From Eledone cirrhosa (taxonomy: Eukaryota), in the NCBI GenBank assembly GCA_964016885.1, contig OZ024740.1:244156001-244220000 (forward strand): a stretch of 64,000 nucleotides of DNA, given 5' to 3'. The position numbers and the translations under genes are program-made. Shown in pieces: positions 1 through 15,078 of this stretch (position 1 is its first letter; every line of letters begins with the position of its first letter). The notes under the pieces are model-generated. The model did no database searches, was not told the DNA's origin, and saw only the letters and a list, made by a program, of their open reading frames with translations.

Positions 1-27
1 ATATATATATATATATATATATATATA

Positions 28-1930
<1,903 letters not shown>

Positions 1931-2150
1931 TATATAAATATGAGTGTATTCATTCTATTCTCAAAAAGAATTCTATTCTTTTCCTCTGAAATATCCCAGT
2001 GACAATTATTTAATATAGATAGGATCATTTGGTTTATTCTGGAAATAAAATCACGTATATTAAACATCTTAATAAAACTCAACCCAATTCCAAACTTATT
2101 ACATGATAAAGATAACTTCTTGTGTACTGATTGACACAATTCGTACTTAC

Positions 2151-2289
2151 ACGGAAACGCCTTACCCCATGACATCGTATGGCCCGGGGTATCGAATTCA
2201 GGAATTATACGGATCCCTCTGAGACGAGCATATTCAATGATTCTCTTAATATCAAACTGGCTGTATGTGAAGCGAGCGGAATAGGCACC
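2151..2289 (-). CDS. HEXB: Beta-hexosaminidase exon F; donor ambiguous (exon end 2151 or 2166)
   Basis: ttcag|[46 protein letters not shown]|GTAAGT; GH20 [18 protein letters not shown] motif. Confidence 0.95.
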
Positions 2290-2345
2290 CTGAAGATTAA
2301 AATAAATATATGATTTAAAGGAAAGGTTAACATATATGTCTCCAC

Positions 2346-2429
<84 letters not shown>

Positions 2430-2435
2430 AGAAAG

Positions 2436-2501
<66 letters not shown>

Positions 2502-2539
2502 AGAAACTTATAGTTCACTTGAAGCATTGTGTAATGAGG

Positions 2540-2866
2540 TATAAACGTTTGTATTTGTAAAGCCAAAACAATGCAGGTATGGACATAGAATATAAATGCA
2601 ACTGCAAAAGATATTGTTGACAAATAGTCTTTTACATTAAATTTATTTAAATGTCCTTAATTTTCGAGATAATATCTCTTCTTCGGAGAGCTATTTAGAA
2701 CACTGGTTTAACCGCTTTACTTCCCTCCGAAGAAGAGATATTATCTCGAAAATTAAGGACATTTAAATAAATTTAAGGTAAAAGACTAATTGTCAACAAT
2801 ATCTTTTGCATTTGCATTTATATTCTATGTCCATACCTGCATTGTTTAGGCTTTACAAATACAAAT

Positions 2867-2873
<7 letters not shown>
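2540..2873. repeat. Fold-back inverted repeat, 149-bp arms (2540-2688 / 2725-2873), hammerhead-like core
   Basis: Arms are reverse complements with about 5 mismatches by eye. Core CCGAAGA-A-GAGATA-T-TATCTC-GAAA. Lies between (TA)n tracts. Confidence 0.92.
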
Positions 2874-2913
<40 letters not shown>

Positions 2914-2918
<5 letters not shown>

Positions 2919-3401
2919 GGAAAAAAATGAAACGAAATTTCATTTCCCACTCTTAGTACGGCTGTTACTTAAATATAAGTATGTACACGTACATACATAT
3001 ATGTATACAGACGTACAGTAGTATGTATATATATATACATACATGCACACATATATATATATGTACGTATGGATTCACCGAACATTTATTATAATGCTCG
3101 GTGTGTTTGTAAACAAACATCCCGTATTAAGCCGTAGTGTCTAGCAACCATCGTTGCTCGTTTGTTCAACCCTGACAAAGGAACGCTGTACTAGTTTCAA
3201 GCTTATTAGCTATCGTCAGCAACGTATACCTTCCTGCCAGATTGTTGAACGTATATAATTCCCTTATGCCTATTAACGGCTGAGTAGCCCAATTTGCATA
3301 TCGAGTGGGTTAATCGGCCGTGTGCACCGAAAACGATAAACGGAAAAAAATGAAACGAAATTTCATTTCCCACTCATAGTACGGCTGTTACTTAAATATA
3401 A
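2914..3401 (-). mobile_element. Non-coding hammerhead-bearing unit with ~65-bp terminal direct repeat (retrozyme-like / solo pLTR)
   Basis: 2914-2978 recurs at 3338-3401. Contains a hammerhead. A diverged relative lies at 39027-39691. Confidence 0.7.
3183..3225 (-). ncRNA. Type I hammerhead ribozyme, intact core
   Basis: acgttg CTGACGA T AGCT-aata-AGCT T GAAA CTAG TA cagcgt: stems I and II pair, stem III palindromic, GUA site. Confidence 0.85.
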
Positions 3402-3847
3402 CTATTTATTTATTCATTTACATACAACATAGTTTCGACATATGTGTACATTTTTACAATATATCAACCACTCACTACATCTTTGATTCTGCAAACGAAC
3501 CCTTTACAGTCATGGATAAACCTTATTACAAAGAGAACTGCATGGTCATTATCGTGAATGCTTTTGTATATATTTCTATTAATCAACAACATGTAACATT
3601 TTAAGAAGGCAACGATATATTTATATACATATATATCTAATGTAACATATTTTCAGTTATCTGGACCTCTCCTGTAGAAAGGTACCTAGCTTTATCCGGG
3701 AAATAAGGACACGATCGACAAGATCCGACCTCATTCGCTTACAGAGTGAGGTGGAACTCGTCATATTAGACAAAGGAAACAAGATTTTCATTGGCTTTTC
3801 CATTGCTGATACTATCTACTGGTCGCAACTTCCGGCAGAAAGAGCAA

Positions 3848-3959
3848 CGTGAAATAAAGTGTCTTGCTGAAGAACATAACGCATCGCCCGGTCTGGTAAT
3901 CGAACTCGCAACCTCACAATCACGAATCCAATACTCTAACCACTAAGCCATGCGCCTTC
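3848..3959 (-). mobile_element. tRNA-derived SINE head (second family)
   Basis: A box TGGCTTAGTGG and B box GAGTTCGATT, followed by a non-tRNA body. Confidence 0.7.
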
Positions 3960-4099
3960 ACAGACCAGGAAATAATGCACGGAATTGGTCACCTATTTTC
4001 CGAATGAGAATCATGATGATTCTACTGGATGGTCAAAGTAGGAACACTATAACAAGACGTTCGGGTGGAAACATTTGAAAAAGACAATAGATGGTCCCG

Positions 4100-4225
4100 G
4101 GTACAGCATCATTAAAACAGAGTACATCATCATTAAAACAGAGTACATCATCATTAAAACAGAGTACAGCATCATTAAAACAGAGTACAGCATCATTAAA
4201 ACAGAGTACAACATCATTAAAACAG
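4100..4225. repeat. 21-bp minisatellite x6 (agtacaNcatcattaaaacag)
   Basis: Directly visible tandem copies. Confidence 0.95.
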
Positions 4226-5112
4226 GGTGGACAGTGACTGTTGAAGCACCGTTAAAAATAAAGGTGGGTGGGTACGGTTAGAACACCGTAAAAGAGATGC
4301 ATGCACAGGGACAGCTGGAGCACTGTTAAGATGATCACGGCTGGAGAGCAAGATATGGAAATACAAATGTTGAAAAAGAGAGGGAGAGGGGTTCCACACA
4401 AACAATTTCATAAAAATGTGGGGGGGGGGGGGAGAAGGAGAAGAAGATTATATTTATGTAATTTATGTAAATATGATATAGAGATAAAAGATAGCAATTA
4501 ATCTTTGAGAGAAAATAACCAGAAAAAGTAGGAATTCAGCAACGAAAAGTTAATCTCGATTGTGTCAGAGATATTCTTCCATACTTACAATTCATTGTGA
4601 AAATCGGAAATTGAAATTAACATATTTCAAATGACATTTGAAAAAGTATGTAAAATATGTTATTGGATAAGAAACTTAGTACTAAAAATATTTCGTTTAA
4701 AACAAAACAAATAAAAAAAAAATAACATTCAAACAAATTCCATGCATATTTTTTATGTTAGTATGGGGTCGTCAAGTATGAAATTTGTAGAGATTTGTTG
4801 AAAGAAAGGAAATTTCCACAAAATTCATACTTGTCGATCCAATACATTTCAATATTATTTAACGAACCCTTGATTGTGTCAATCGGAAATGTAATCGAAC
4901 ATCATTCATTTATTCTTTTACTGGTTTCAGTCATTAGACTGCGACCCTACTGGAGTACCACCTTCATTTAATCGATCGGTACTTATTTTTTGAAGTCTGG
5001 TACATATTTTATCATTCTCGCTTTTATCGAACCTTTATGTCACGGGACAACATAAACCCAGACACAGACTCACTCACTTGATGACTGCTATTTTAGAAGG
5101 TTGAATCAGTTA

Positions 5113-5218
<106 letters not shown>

Positions 5219-5321
5219 GGCTGCCTCTATTGCCAGCTTCGCTATTGATCTATAAAGTAAAAGTACAATCTTTAATTGTAGGAGTTGTAGTGCATGGAAT
5301 TTAGTGCACATTATTTTATTA

Positions 5322-5547
5322 GGGCGGTGGATTGGCAGTATCGGTAGAGGGTTAGACGCCATGCTTTGCAGCATTGAGTTACGGCCCTTTCCAGTCTGAA
5401 TTCAAATCCCGCCGAGGTTAACTTTGCCTTACGGGGTCGATAAAATAAAGTACCAGATAAAATAAAGTACCTTACAGGGTCGATAAAATAAAGTACCAGT
5501 AATGTACTGGATAATTGCTGGCCTTGTGCCAAAAGTAGAAGCAAATA
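5322..5547 (+). mobile_element. tRNA-derived Nin-domain SINE with a short internal duplication
   Basis: A box TGGCAGTATCGG, B box-like AATTCAAATCC, Nin-like GGGGTCGATAAAATAAAGTACCAG. Confidence 0.85.
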
Positions 5548-5876
5548 TTTTATTCAAAACGGCACGTACTTAAGAATACTTAGATCAAAACATTATTCGT
5601 TAAAAAAAACAATTGTTTTAGCTATAATGTAGACATGTAAAACCATAAAATAAGAGCATTTTTATTTATATATATATAGTGGTGGAACACTGGAAGGTAA
5701 TATCCGTAGTGGATATATATATATATATATTAAAATAACAGATTAAAGTTTAAGCAAAGAATCGCTGCTTTCACCCTTAATGGGATCTTCTGAAACTAAA
5801 AAAAGTCAATCTGTGGACGCAGAAGTAAATATTTCAAAAAATGTTGCAACCGAAGGAAGATAGGAAGACGATACTT

Positions 5877-6142
5877 TGGTTCGTGGAAACGTTCCCTGGC
5901 AAAGAACGGAAAAAACGAAGATAATACGTCAATATTTGGTGCAGTGAAAACAATTACACGCGAAGACAAAACCACGTTTATGGTATCAATGAAGTCGTAG
6001 ACTAATATTCTATTAGGCGGTTCATGGAGACGTTCTCTGGCAATGAACGAAAAAAAACGGAGATAATACGTCATATGTGGAGCGTGAGAACAATTGCAAA
6101 GACAAAACCACGTAAATGGTATAACTGAAGTCGTAGACTAAA
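5877..6142. repeat. Diverged ~140-bp direct tandem duplication
   Basis: ggttcgtggaaacgttc...gaagtcgtagactaa recurs as ggttcatggagacgttc...gaagtcgtagactaa. Confidence 0.8.
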
Positions 6143-6435
6143 ATTCTATTTAGGAAACCGAATGAATCTCGGCTTCAGAGTTGAGAATAAAGTAAATAAA
6201 ATACAGAGGTAATTGAAATTAAATATATACATACACACATCGATATACATACATACACAAGCATATGCGAAACCACTCCCCATGGGTATGCAAATACAAG
6301 CACGTACACAAAAAAGAAAAGAAAAGAAAACACACACACGCATATACAGAACCCACGCAACGCCTGTACCGCACACATACGAACGTATACACCAAATAGA
6401 CATAAAAATAAATAAATAAAGACATATATATATAG

Positions 6436-6560
<125 letters not shown>

Positions 6561-6942
6561 TGCGTGTATACATAATTAAATAAACGTATATAAATATACA
6601 CACATACATACGTATACAACGCGCACACACACACACCCACATGTAAAGACACATATGTTCGCGGACGTACATCAACCAAAACACAAAGTACACATATAGA
6701 CACACTCCACATACGTACGAACCCGCATACTCACACAGACGCAAAACTCACTTATACACATAACCGAATGCGCATGTACCAGTATATATAATATATACGC
6801 CAATAACATATACAAGCAAATATACGTACGAGAAAATATACGTACCTTCACAAAACATACAGGTAATATATACTTACCTATACGAATAAGTAATGGTATA
6901 AACATAACATATATACTTAGCTACCACATCAAGACGTAAAAT

Positions 6943-7110
6943 AAGGCCAGCAATTACCCCAGTGCATTAATGGTACTTTATTTTATCGATCCCGTAAGGA
7001 TGAAAGGCAAAGTTAACCTCGGCAAGATTTGAAATCAGAATGGCGAGGGCCATAACTCTATGCTGCAAAGCCTGGCGTCTGACCCTCTACCGATACTGCC
7101 AATCCACCGC
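6943..7110 (-). mobile_element. Nin-domain SINE
   Basis: Reverse complement of the 5322 family. Confidence 0.85.
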
Positions 7111-7600
7111 TGCAAATAGACCTGATATAATACTGAAGGACTTTAAAAAGAGGGTATGCCTGCTAATTGATATGTCCGTTCCAATAGACAAGAATGTATC
7201 TATAAAAACATTTGAAAAATTGAGCAAGTATAAGGACCTGGAGATAGAAATTGGAAAAATGTGGAAGTTGAGAACTAAAACAATACCAGTGGTTGTAGGC
7301 GCTCTAGAAATGATACCTGAGGGCTTTAATGATTACTTCTCCCAAATCCCAGGAAACCCGCGTATAGACGAAATACAAAAGATAGTACTAATGGGAACTG
7401 CCAATATACTAAGGAAGATTCTGTCAATATATGTACATCACAAGTCTAAACACCTAAAGATGCATGTGCGTGTATGTGTGTTCTTTCTTGAACATGGCGG
7501 ACCTTGTTGTCTCTTGAGGTCAATGGTTGTGACTTGGTGATAACTCGTATGAACATAAAGCAAGATAAATGAAAAAATAATAATAAAAAAATAATAATAA
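7111..7600 (+). mobile_element. R4/Dong-like non-LTR retrotransposon 3' fragment (restriction-like endonuclease)
   Basis: NRPDIIL...LIDMSVP...EKLSKYKDLEIEI...IPVVVGAL...IQKIVLMGTANILRKIL matches the PD..D RLE domain; ends in an (AAT)n-like tail. Confidence 0.85.
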
Positions 7601-7801
7601 TGATAGTGAGTAAAATCTAAGTTGCAGCTAATGCAGCACCTCTCGAAAGAACAATCCTCAGAGCTGACACAAACACTCGATAAGATGATATCGATAAATC
7701 GATAAATTAAATCTTAGAGTTATAAACATACGTTAAAAGTGTGACAAATTGAAAACTGTGGCGAGGTAAAAGAATGCAACATGAACTACTACAACGAAAA
7801 T

Positions 7802-8003
<202 letters not shown>

Positions 8004-8029
8004 AGAGAGAAGGTCGATCGCTCCTGCTG

Positions 8030-10050
8030 AAACCACAACCACATCGTCATCAAACTGGCGGGCTAGGGGGCATGCTGACCTCTAAACGATGGAGGCTCTG
8101 TGACAGCTTTGAAACTCCCCCTTTTACCTCCCCTCCCCTCCGATCCCACCTGAAAAACCAACAACAAGTATCCGCCACCATACAACAACTCGTCACGTCC
8201 TCTCTCCTATCGCCCACCGCCACCAACCTCATTGTCCGCACCCCTGTCATCTATATCCTACCCAGAACCTACAGACCTGATACCTCTGCCCGCCCCATCA
8301 TCTCCGGTTGCAACTGCCCCCACCGAACTCATTCTCGCACCCCTAGTAGCCGCCTTCCCCTTCCACATATCTGATACCAACTACGCCCGCCTTCATCTTT
8401 CCACCTGGCCCATTACTCCTCCTCGTCAGCAGCGACATTAAATCCCTCTACACGGCCATCCCCCACACCGAGGGCCTACGAACCTTCCAAAACTTCCTCG
8501 ACCTTCGCCGCTCCACTCAACCTTCCTACCACCAGCCTCACCCCTCTTGTTGATCTGGTCCTCATCTTCAACTGCCTTTCCTTCTCGGGCGAGTTCTACC
8601 AAAATGTAAGCGGGGTGGCCATGGTTACAAGAATGGGCCCTAACCACGCCAGCCTATTCGTCTGGCTCCACCCCGATTTATACGGCCGTTATATTGACGA
8701 CTGTATCGGTACCACCTTTCTCACCCAAGAACAGCTCAACTCTATTCTCTCTTTCCCCTGCTCCTTCCACCCTGCACGCGATTTCATCACTTCCTGGATA
8801 TCTCTGTCTCCACCGACCTCTCCAATCGCTCCCTGATCACCTCCGCCTACTGATTCACCTCCTACCTACATTTTATCCCTTATCACCTCCGCCTACTGAT
8901 TCAGCTCCTACCTACATGTTATCCCTTATCACGTCCGCCTACTGGTTCAACTCCTACCTACATTTTATCTCATCGCACCCTACCCACACCAAAACCCTAC
9001 ACCCAATTTTTCTTTCTCCGCCGCCTATGCAGCCGAACCCATGACTTTAAGGCTCAGGCCCATTACATAATTGGGAAATTCACTCGGCGAGGTTACCCCT
9101 ACCTGGTCCACGCCGCTCTTACCCGCACCCGTGAAGTTGACCACCCCACCGCCCTCACCTCATGCCTCCCAACCAAATCCCATTCCTCCTAACCTATCAT
9201 CCATCCACCTTACCCCTCTAGAGGACGGTCCGCCAACTCTTCCGCCGCCTCTTGACCTCTCCACCTCCACCATCTTCCACCTCCAACACCATCCTTCTTC
9301 CAAGTACGCAACCTGTGAAACCTCCTCGATTGCAGCTTCCTTCCACTCTCCATTTCCTCTCCTGCTCTCGACCTCGTTGCAATTATATCCCCAACAACAC
9401 CACTCTCCATGGGCACAACAGTAAAACCTTCTGAGTCCGGGACTCCTTTGCTGTACCTCCTCCAGCCGTGTCTACAGACTCCGTTTCACGCTGTGCGGAG
9501 CTGTCTACATTGGATACACACACACATTACACTATAAGACTCGGAGCCACGCAGGGGTACACACCCACAAACTGAAGCAATAATGCACACCTACCAATTT
9601 CACCCCATGGGCACACACACAACCACACCCATGACACATCTGCATCCTCCACACCGGGCCTCCAGTCCCGAATGTCAGACCACTCCCCTACAAACCCGAA
9701 CCTAACAATCTTTTCTTAACAATCTTTTCCAAACTTTCATGTACGTATCTGTTCTCTTCCTATCGGAACTCCCCAATTCCTCCCAAGCGTGATCCTGTGA
9801 TCCTAGTAAGACTTCGTATTTTTGCATCCCTGTGTTTATTTTGTTTTATTTGTTCAGTTACCCCCCCCCCCCTTTATCTCTCTTTTTCTCCCTCTCCCCC
9901 CTCTCTCTCGCTCGCTTTCCATCCTTCCTCTCTCTCTCCTTCACTTCTCACCACTCTTTCTCTGTCCCTTGCTCCAGGGCTCTTGAAAGGAATTTTATTA
10001 GGGAGTACAAAGTGTTTCTCGAAGCCTTCTGAAAATGCTTGCTTTTTCTA
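8030..10050 (+). mobile_element. Decayed PLE (Neptune-like) RT and GIY-YIG remnants
   Basis: YILP, RPIISGCNCP, DIKSLYTAIPH, GVAMVTRMGP and YGRYIDD across frameshifted frames. Confidence 0.85.
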
Positions 10051-11100
10051 TAGCAAATGTTTTTAATGAGATTCCAGAAAATTCTCGGACCCTAGTATGA
10101 TGTACCTCCTGTTCTTCTCTCATCGTGGGAGAGGGCTGCTCCCATCCTCAGCATAGTTTCACACTAAACAAATTTCTCCAGACCTTTCTCTTTAGAACGA
10201 CAGTCATCTTGAATTCTCTTCCCACCTACCTCCTTGATGTCTAACCCTGAATTAACTCCTGTGGAGAAGATCTACGATCAAAGACATTCCAGTCATGACA
10301 ATCCCATCTTTTTAAAGGATTATTAGCCATTATCCAATGTGCCATTTCATTTCCCATGACGGTAAGATACGATTTCAATGATATTTTACCGTTATTTCTA
10401 GTAGAAAATGGCTACCTCCATTGGCATTGAAGTTATTTCAACGCTTATTGCGATAATAACGACCTATATTGAGCTTACCTCGGCCCATGTTTGAGCTATC
10501 ACGAACCACGACCTTCTCACAAGCAGCGAGTTGTAGCTGTTCAAACCCTATCGATCTCACCGACCTAGAGTTTGTTAGTCAGAGGCAGGGACGGGCAAAA
10601 CTGGCAATAGGCTTAGGCCAAATATGAAATGTAAGCCCCATTTCAAAGTGTCCATTACGTATTCTATTAGTCAGTGGTAACTATATCTATTATACATCGG
10701 TTACGAATAAATAAATGTTCATACCGTGTGCATGTCACCATGTTTAATATCACCTAGTTCTTGGATGCCTTAATTGGAGGTAAATTTGTTGTAAACATTT
10801 AGGCCCAGGATCCTAGGCTTAGAATACCTTCCTCACTCCTACTAGTCTTGGAGGTCCTTAAAAGGGTCATAAAAACTACACTTCTAACTCGGACCAAACT
10901 GTAAAAAAAAAATGCAGAACAAAATAAAAGCTTTTAGAACTTGTATAGAAAAGACCCCAACAAAATCATAGGTCTATGCCAACTGACTAATCAGAGCTTC
11001 CTTTCAGTTTTGGTTTAATTATAGGGACCAGTTCTCTCTTCTAACCGAAATCGTAAACGAGAGTAACACCAACAAAAAACAATTTCAGTGCTAAGTATAC

Positions 11101-11202
11101 CTTTTGGGACATCTGTGGAAATGTACGGCTTTCGTAAGGAAATGATTGGTCGTCCACAATGTGCCAGTGTAGTACGTTGAACTTGTTGTATGACATCGCA
11201 TC
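11101..11202 (-). CDS. HEXB: Beta-hexosaminidase exon E (102 nt)
   Basis: ttcag|[34 protein letters not shown]|GTATAC; GH20 NKxNVxHWHxxDxQSFP motif. Not in the ORF track. Confidence 0.96.
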
Positions 11203-11514
11203 CTGAAACAAAATTGAAACATCCTTAATAAAGCAGCATGAATTCTCAATAGGTTTGGTTAGTGTTCATTTATTTAATATATATACACAATTGTAATGTT
11301 AACAAAAATATTATGTGGTGATATAGATATATAAATAGATAAATAGATAAATAGATGATAGATTGGTAGACAGATAGACAGACAGAAAAACAGAGACTGA
11401 CACACTGACAGATAGATAGACAGACAAACATTCAGACAGGCAGACTGACAGGAAGATAGCTAAATTGATAAATAGTTAGATAGATAGATAAATAGTTAGA
11501 TAGATAGATAGATA

Positions 11515-14500
11515 TGTTTCTTTTATTTGCCACTAGGGCATCAAAAGTGGGACAAGTACAAAGGGGGGAGTTTACACAAAAAGGCGTCCTCAATAAGGAG
11601 GAGGCAATAACAAAATATAAAAATAAAATAAGATATAACAAAAAATAAAATTTTTAACAAAATCCTCAATAGAGAGGAGGCGCCTTGGGGGGTCGCTCAC
11701 ACCCCCGAAAAAAGTGTGCAACCCTTCTCCTCAGGAGCACAGAGAAGGGGTGCTCCCTTGGTCTTTCATCTTCCTCACCTATAGTCTGATGTAGAGTGAA
11801 GGCCCATTCACACGGGCCATTCTCGCCACTTTCACCCATCTTTCATAGAAACGGCTGGGGTGCAGCACCTCTCTCTCCATCCTGATCCTTCTTCCGAAAT
11901 GATATCGGAAGAAACGGACCAGTTGTTGGCCAGAGAGAAAGGTGTCTGACCTCAGTCCTTTCAGACGCGTCCACCATACAACCTCTTTCGCCATGGCTAT
12001 TACGCACAGAAACACCGCCTCTGCTTCATCTTTGAAGGGGGGAGGCGGCGTGATCATTACAATAGACTCGGTGGTCAACCGGATCGGTCCCACCCTTGAC
12101 AGCAGTTGTTCGACATAGCCCCACAGATCGGCTACGCCCGAGCAGTGTACAAATGCGTGTGCAACGGTTTCCTCGTCGCACACGCATCTGGGACAGATCT
12201 TTTTGGCGGGGTCCCTACCCGGGCGCCCGTGTCTGTAGAGCCTTTCTCGAACGGGTAAAGCCCCTCGGTAGCACTGCCAGGCCAGGGACTTCTGGAAGTT
12301 GTCCATAGGTCCCGGGCTGAATGTCCTACCGAACAGGCTGGCCAGTTCGTCCTCCTCCATGTCTAGGGCTTCTCCGAGGGCGTCGTCGCACCTGCTGCGT
12401 ACCAGCCCTCTATAGAATGTTGCGGTGGAGTCTCCACTGATAACCGGATCCGCCTGCCAGAGGGCGGTGAGCGCCTGGGCACACTCAGTGTGCCAGGCGC
12501 CCAGTTTTCTCGGTCTTTGCTTGACCCAGGATTGCAGCTCGGTGAGTGAGACGAGTCTGGGAAAGGTTCGTCTCACAAACGAGGCCCACACCGGTTGTCC
12601 GGTGAGGAATACGTAGAGGTGCCGTAGCCTTAATGCGTGTTTACGCATCATTAGCCACGGCATCCCCAGCCCTCCTTTCGAAGGGTGTTGACAGCAGATG
12701 GATCTCCTCACCATAGGAGCCCGCCTCTTCCAAAGGAATTGGAAGAGCGCGCGCTCCATCTTGGTGAGGGTTTCCCTTGGGCAGGGCACTACGGTCAGGC
12801 GGTAGTAGATGACGGACGCTATGTAGGTGTTCGCCACCTCCGCCCGACTTTCAGGGATAGTTTGCAACTGGCCCACTTCTGGGTCAGTGCAAACACCCTG
12901 TTCGTAACCTCCGCCCAGTTTTTCTCCACCTGGAGGTCCGGTCCGAACCAGACCCCGAGCAACTTCACCGGGCCCTCCGTCCAGCGTCCGACGACGCTAT
13001 CGGAGGGCATCGGTCTGCCCCTCCACGTGCCGAGTTGCAAACCGATCGACTTTTCGTACTCCTCCAGTAAGGTGCAGACCGCCTCGATTTCGGAGGCCGT
13101 CGACACCATTACTGTCACGTCATCGGCGTAGGCCGACACCGCTTTCCGCAATCCCGGTTCCAAAGGGATGCCCTGCAACAACTCCAACTTCCGCAGTAGT
13201 GGCTCGAGAGTCAACACATACAGAAGGGAGGAGAGAGGGCACCCTTGTCGGATGGACCGCGCGATTTTGAACGGCTCCGAGAGGTAGCCGTTCACCTTGA
13301 CCCTAGAGCAGATGCGGCTGCTGTGCATAGCAGTGATCCAGCCCCTGAAAACGGGTCCGAAGCCTGCCGCCGCTAGCACCGCATCCAGGTAACCATGGTC
13401 GACCCTATCGAACGCCTTAGATTGATCCAAGTTGATCAGAGCCCCACCAAAGCCGGGTTCGTTCCCAACCCTCTCTATGATGTATCGCATGAGGTGGAGG
13501 TTGTCATGGATGGACCTGGACGGGATAGCGCATGTCTGCGCATCTCCCACCAGGTTGCCCACGACAAGCGCCAACCTCTTTGCTAGCACCTTGGCCAAAA
13601 TCTGTAACTCTGTATTTAGCAGTGTTATGGGCCTGAAGTTACTTATTTCGTCCCCCTTGTTCTCGTCCTTCCTCACTAGCGTGACTACGCCCTTGGTCAC
13701 AGTACAGGGAATTCTCCCGTTCTGTTGCCAGTTGCAGTAGACAGCCTCGAGGAGATCGGGGAACAAGTCCGGCATAGCTAGATATAATTCGTAAGGAAGA
13801 CCATCGAGACCCGGGGATTTGCGTTTGCCGCATTGGCTCAGCACGTCCTCTATCTCAGCGGCCGAAATCGGCTCCTCGCAGGACTTCGCCTCCCTGTCCG
13901 AGAGGCGCGGCAGGCCGTCGAGGTATGGACCGAAGTCCACGTTCCCAACCGGCTCCTCGCCCCTCCCGAACAGTCGGGCAAAGTGCCTTTGAAAGGCCTC
14001 ACACATCTGCTTAGGCTCAAGAATCGCCCGTCCATCCAGGTCTCGCAAAGACCGGATGGTGGATTTAGTTCCACTGTTGGCCTCTGTCACGCGGGCCCAG
14101 CTAACAGCTTTGGTCCCCTCGTTCCCTAGAGCACGTATTTTACTTCGGACAACGCAGCCTTCGTGCTTCGCGTCGAAAAACTGGCTCAAAGCCGTTCTCG
14201 ACGCTAGCACTCTGGCCACGTCGCCGCTTCTAATTGCCTCTTCTACTCTATCTATAGCTCCCTTTCCTTCCTATTCCTATCCGCAGCTAGAACCTTACTA
14301 AATTCTATCGAGACTACTCTAATCTCTCTCTTTAGAGATACCCACCACCTGCTGTTGACGATCGCTCCAGTCAACCGTTCCTTAACTAACGTACTAATCC
14401 GATTCCTGTAGGCTCTACTTGCCGGCAAGGACAAGTTGAGCTTCCAGTAACCGGGGCCCTGTCTATGAGTTCTGTCAAGGTTGACCATGCAGGTCACTAA

Positions 14501-14796
14501 TTTGTGGTCTGAATAGCCAACCATGCGCATTTTTGGACAACTTAAAAAGTCCTTATCCTTAATTCTAACTAAGAACCTATCTAGGTACGACCTAGATGAT
14601 CCGCTACGATTTGCCCAAGTCCAGGTTGGCGCAGTCGGAAAATCTAGTCGATATCTATCGGTCAGGTCAAATCGACCGATTAACCCTTTGAGGCTATTAC
14701 ACCCCTCTCTATCGGGACAGGCCCCTACGTAGTCCCAGCGTGCATCTAGGATACCATTCCAGTCCCCCACTAATAGCAAGGAGCGGGACGTCCCTA
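11515..14796 (-). mobile_element. Tx1/L1-clade LINE copy 2, 5'-truncated within the APE domain
   Basis: Collinear with 14815-18127. (GATA)n at both ends; 3' end AATAAAAGAAACA. Confidence 0.95.
11779..14795 (-). pseudogene. Tx1 ORF2 (partial APE, RT, C-terminal Cys/His finger), frameshifted
   Basis: GDWN, YSDH, PGYWKLN, KSPGLDG, RPITLLN, DQSKAFD, RQGCPLS, AYADD, CPRC...ETVAHAF. Confidence 0.92.
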
Positions 14797-15078
14797 TAGA
14801 TAGATAGATAGATATGTTTCTTTTATTTGCCACCAGGGCATCAAAAGTGGGACAAGTACAATGGGGGGAGTTTACAAAACAAGGCGTCCTCAATAAGGAG
14901 GAGGCAATAACAATATATAAAAATAAAATAAAATATAACAAAAAATAAAATTTATAACAAAGTCCTCAATAGAGAGGAGGCGCCTTGGGGGGTCGCACAC
15001 ACCCCCGAAAAAAGTGTGCAACCCTTCTCCTCAGGAGCACAGAGAAGGGGTGCTCCCTTGGTCTTTCATCTTCCTCAC

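Noticed and set aside
4100-4225. 21-bp repeat as CRISPR or coding repeat
   Set aside because: Contiguous tandem minisatellite without spacers or splice support.
7040-7540. 166-aa standalone nuclease gene
   Set aside because: The start comes from an antisense SINE fused by chance to a truncated R4/Dong endonuclease fragment.
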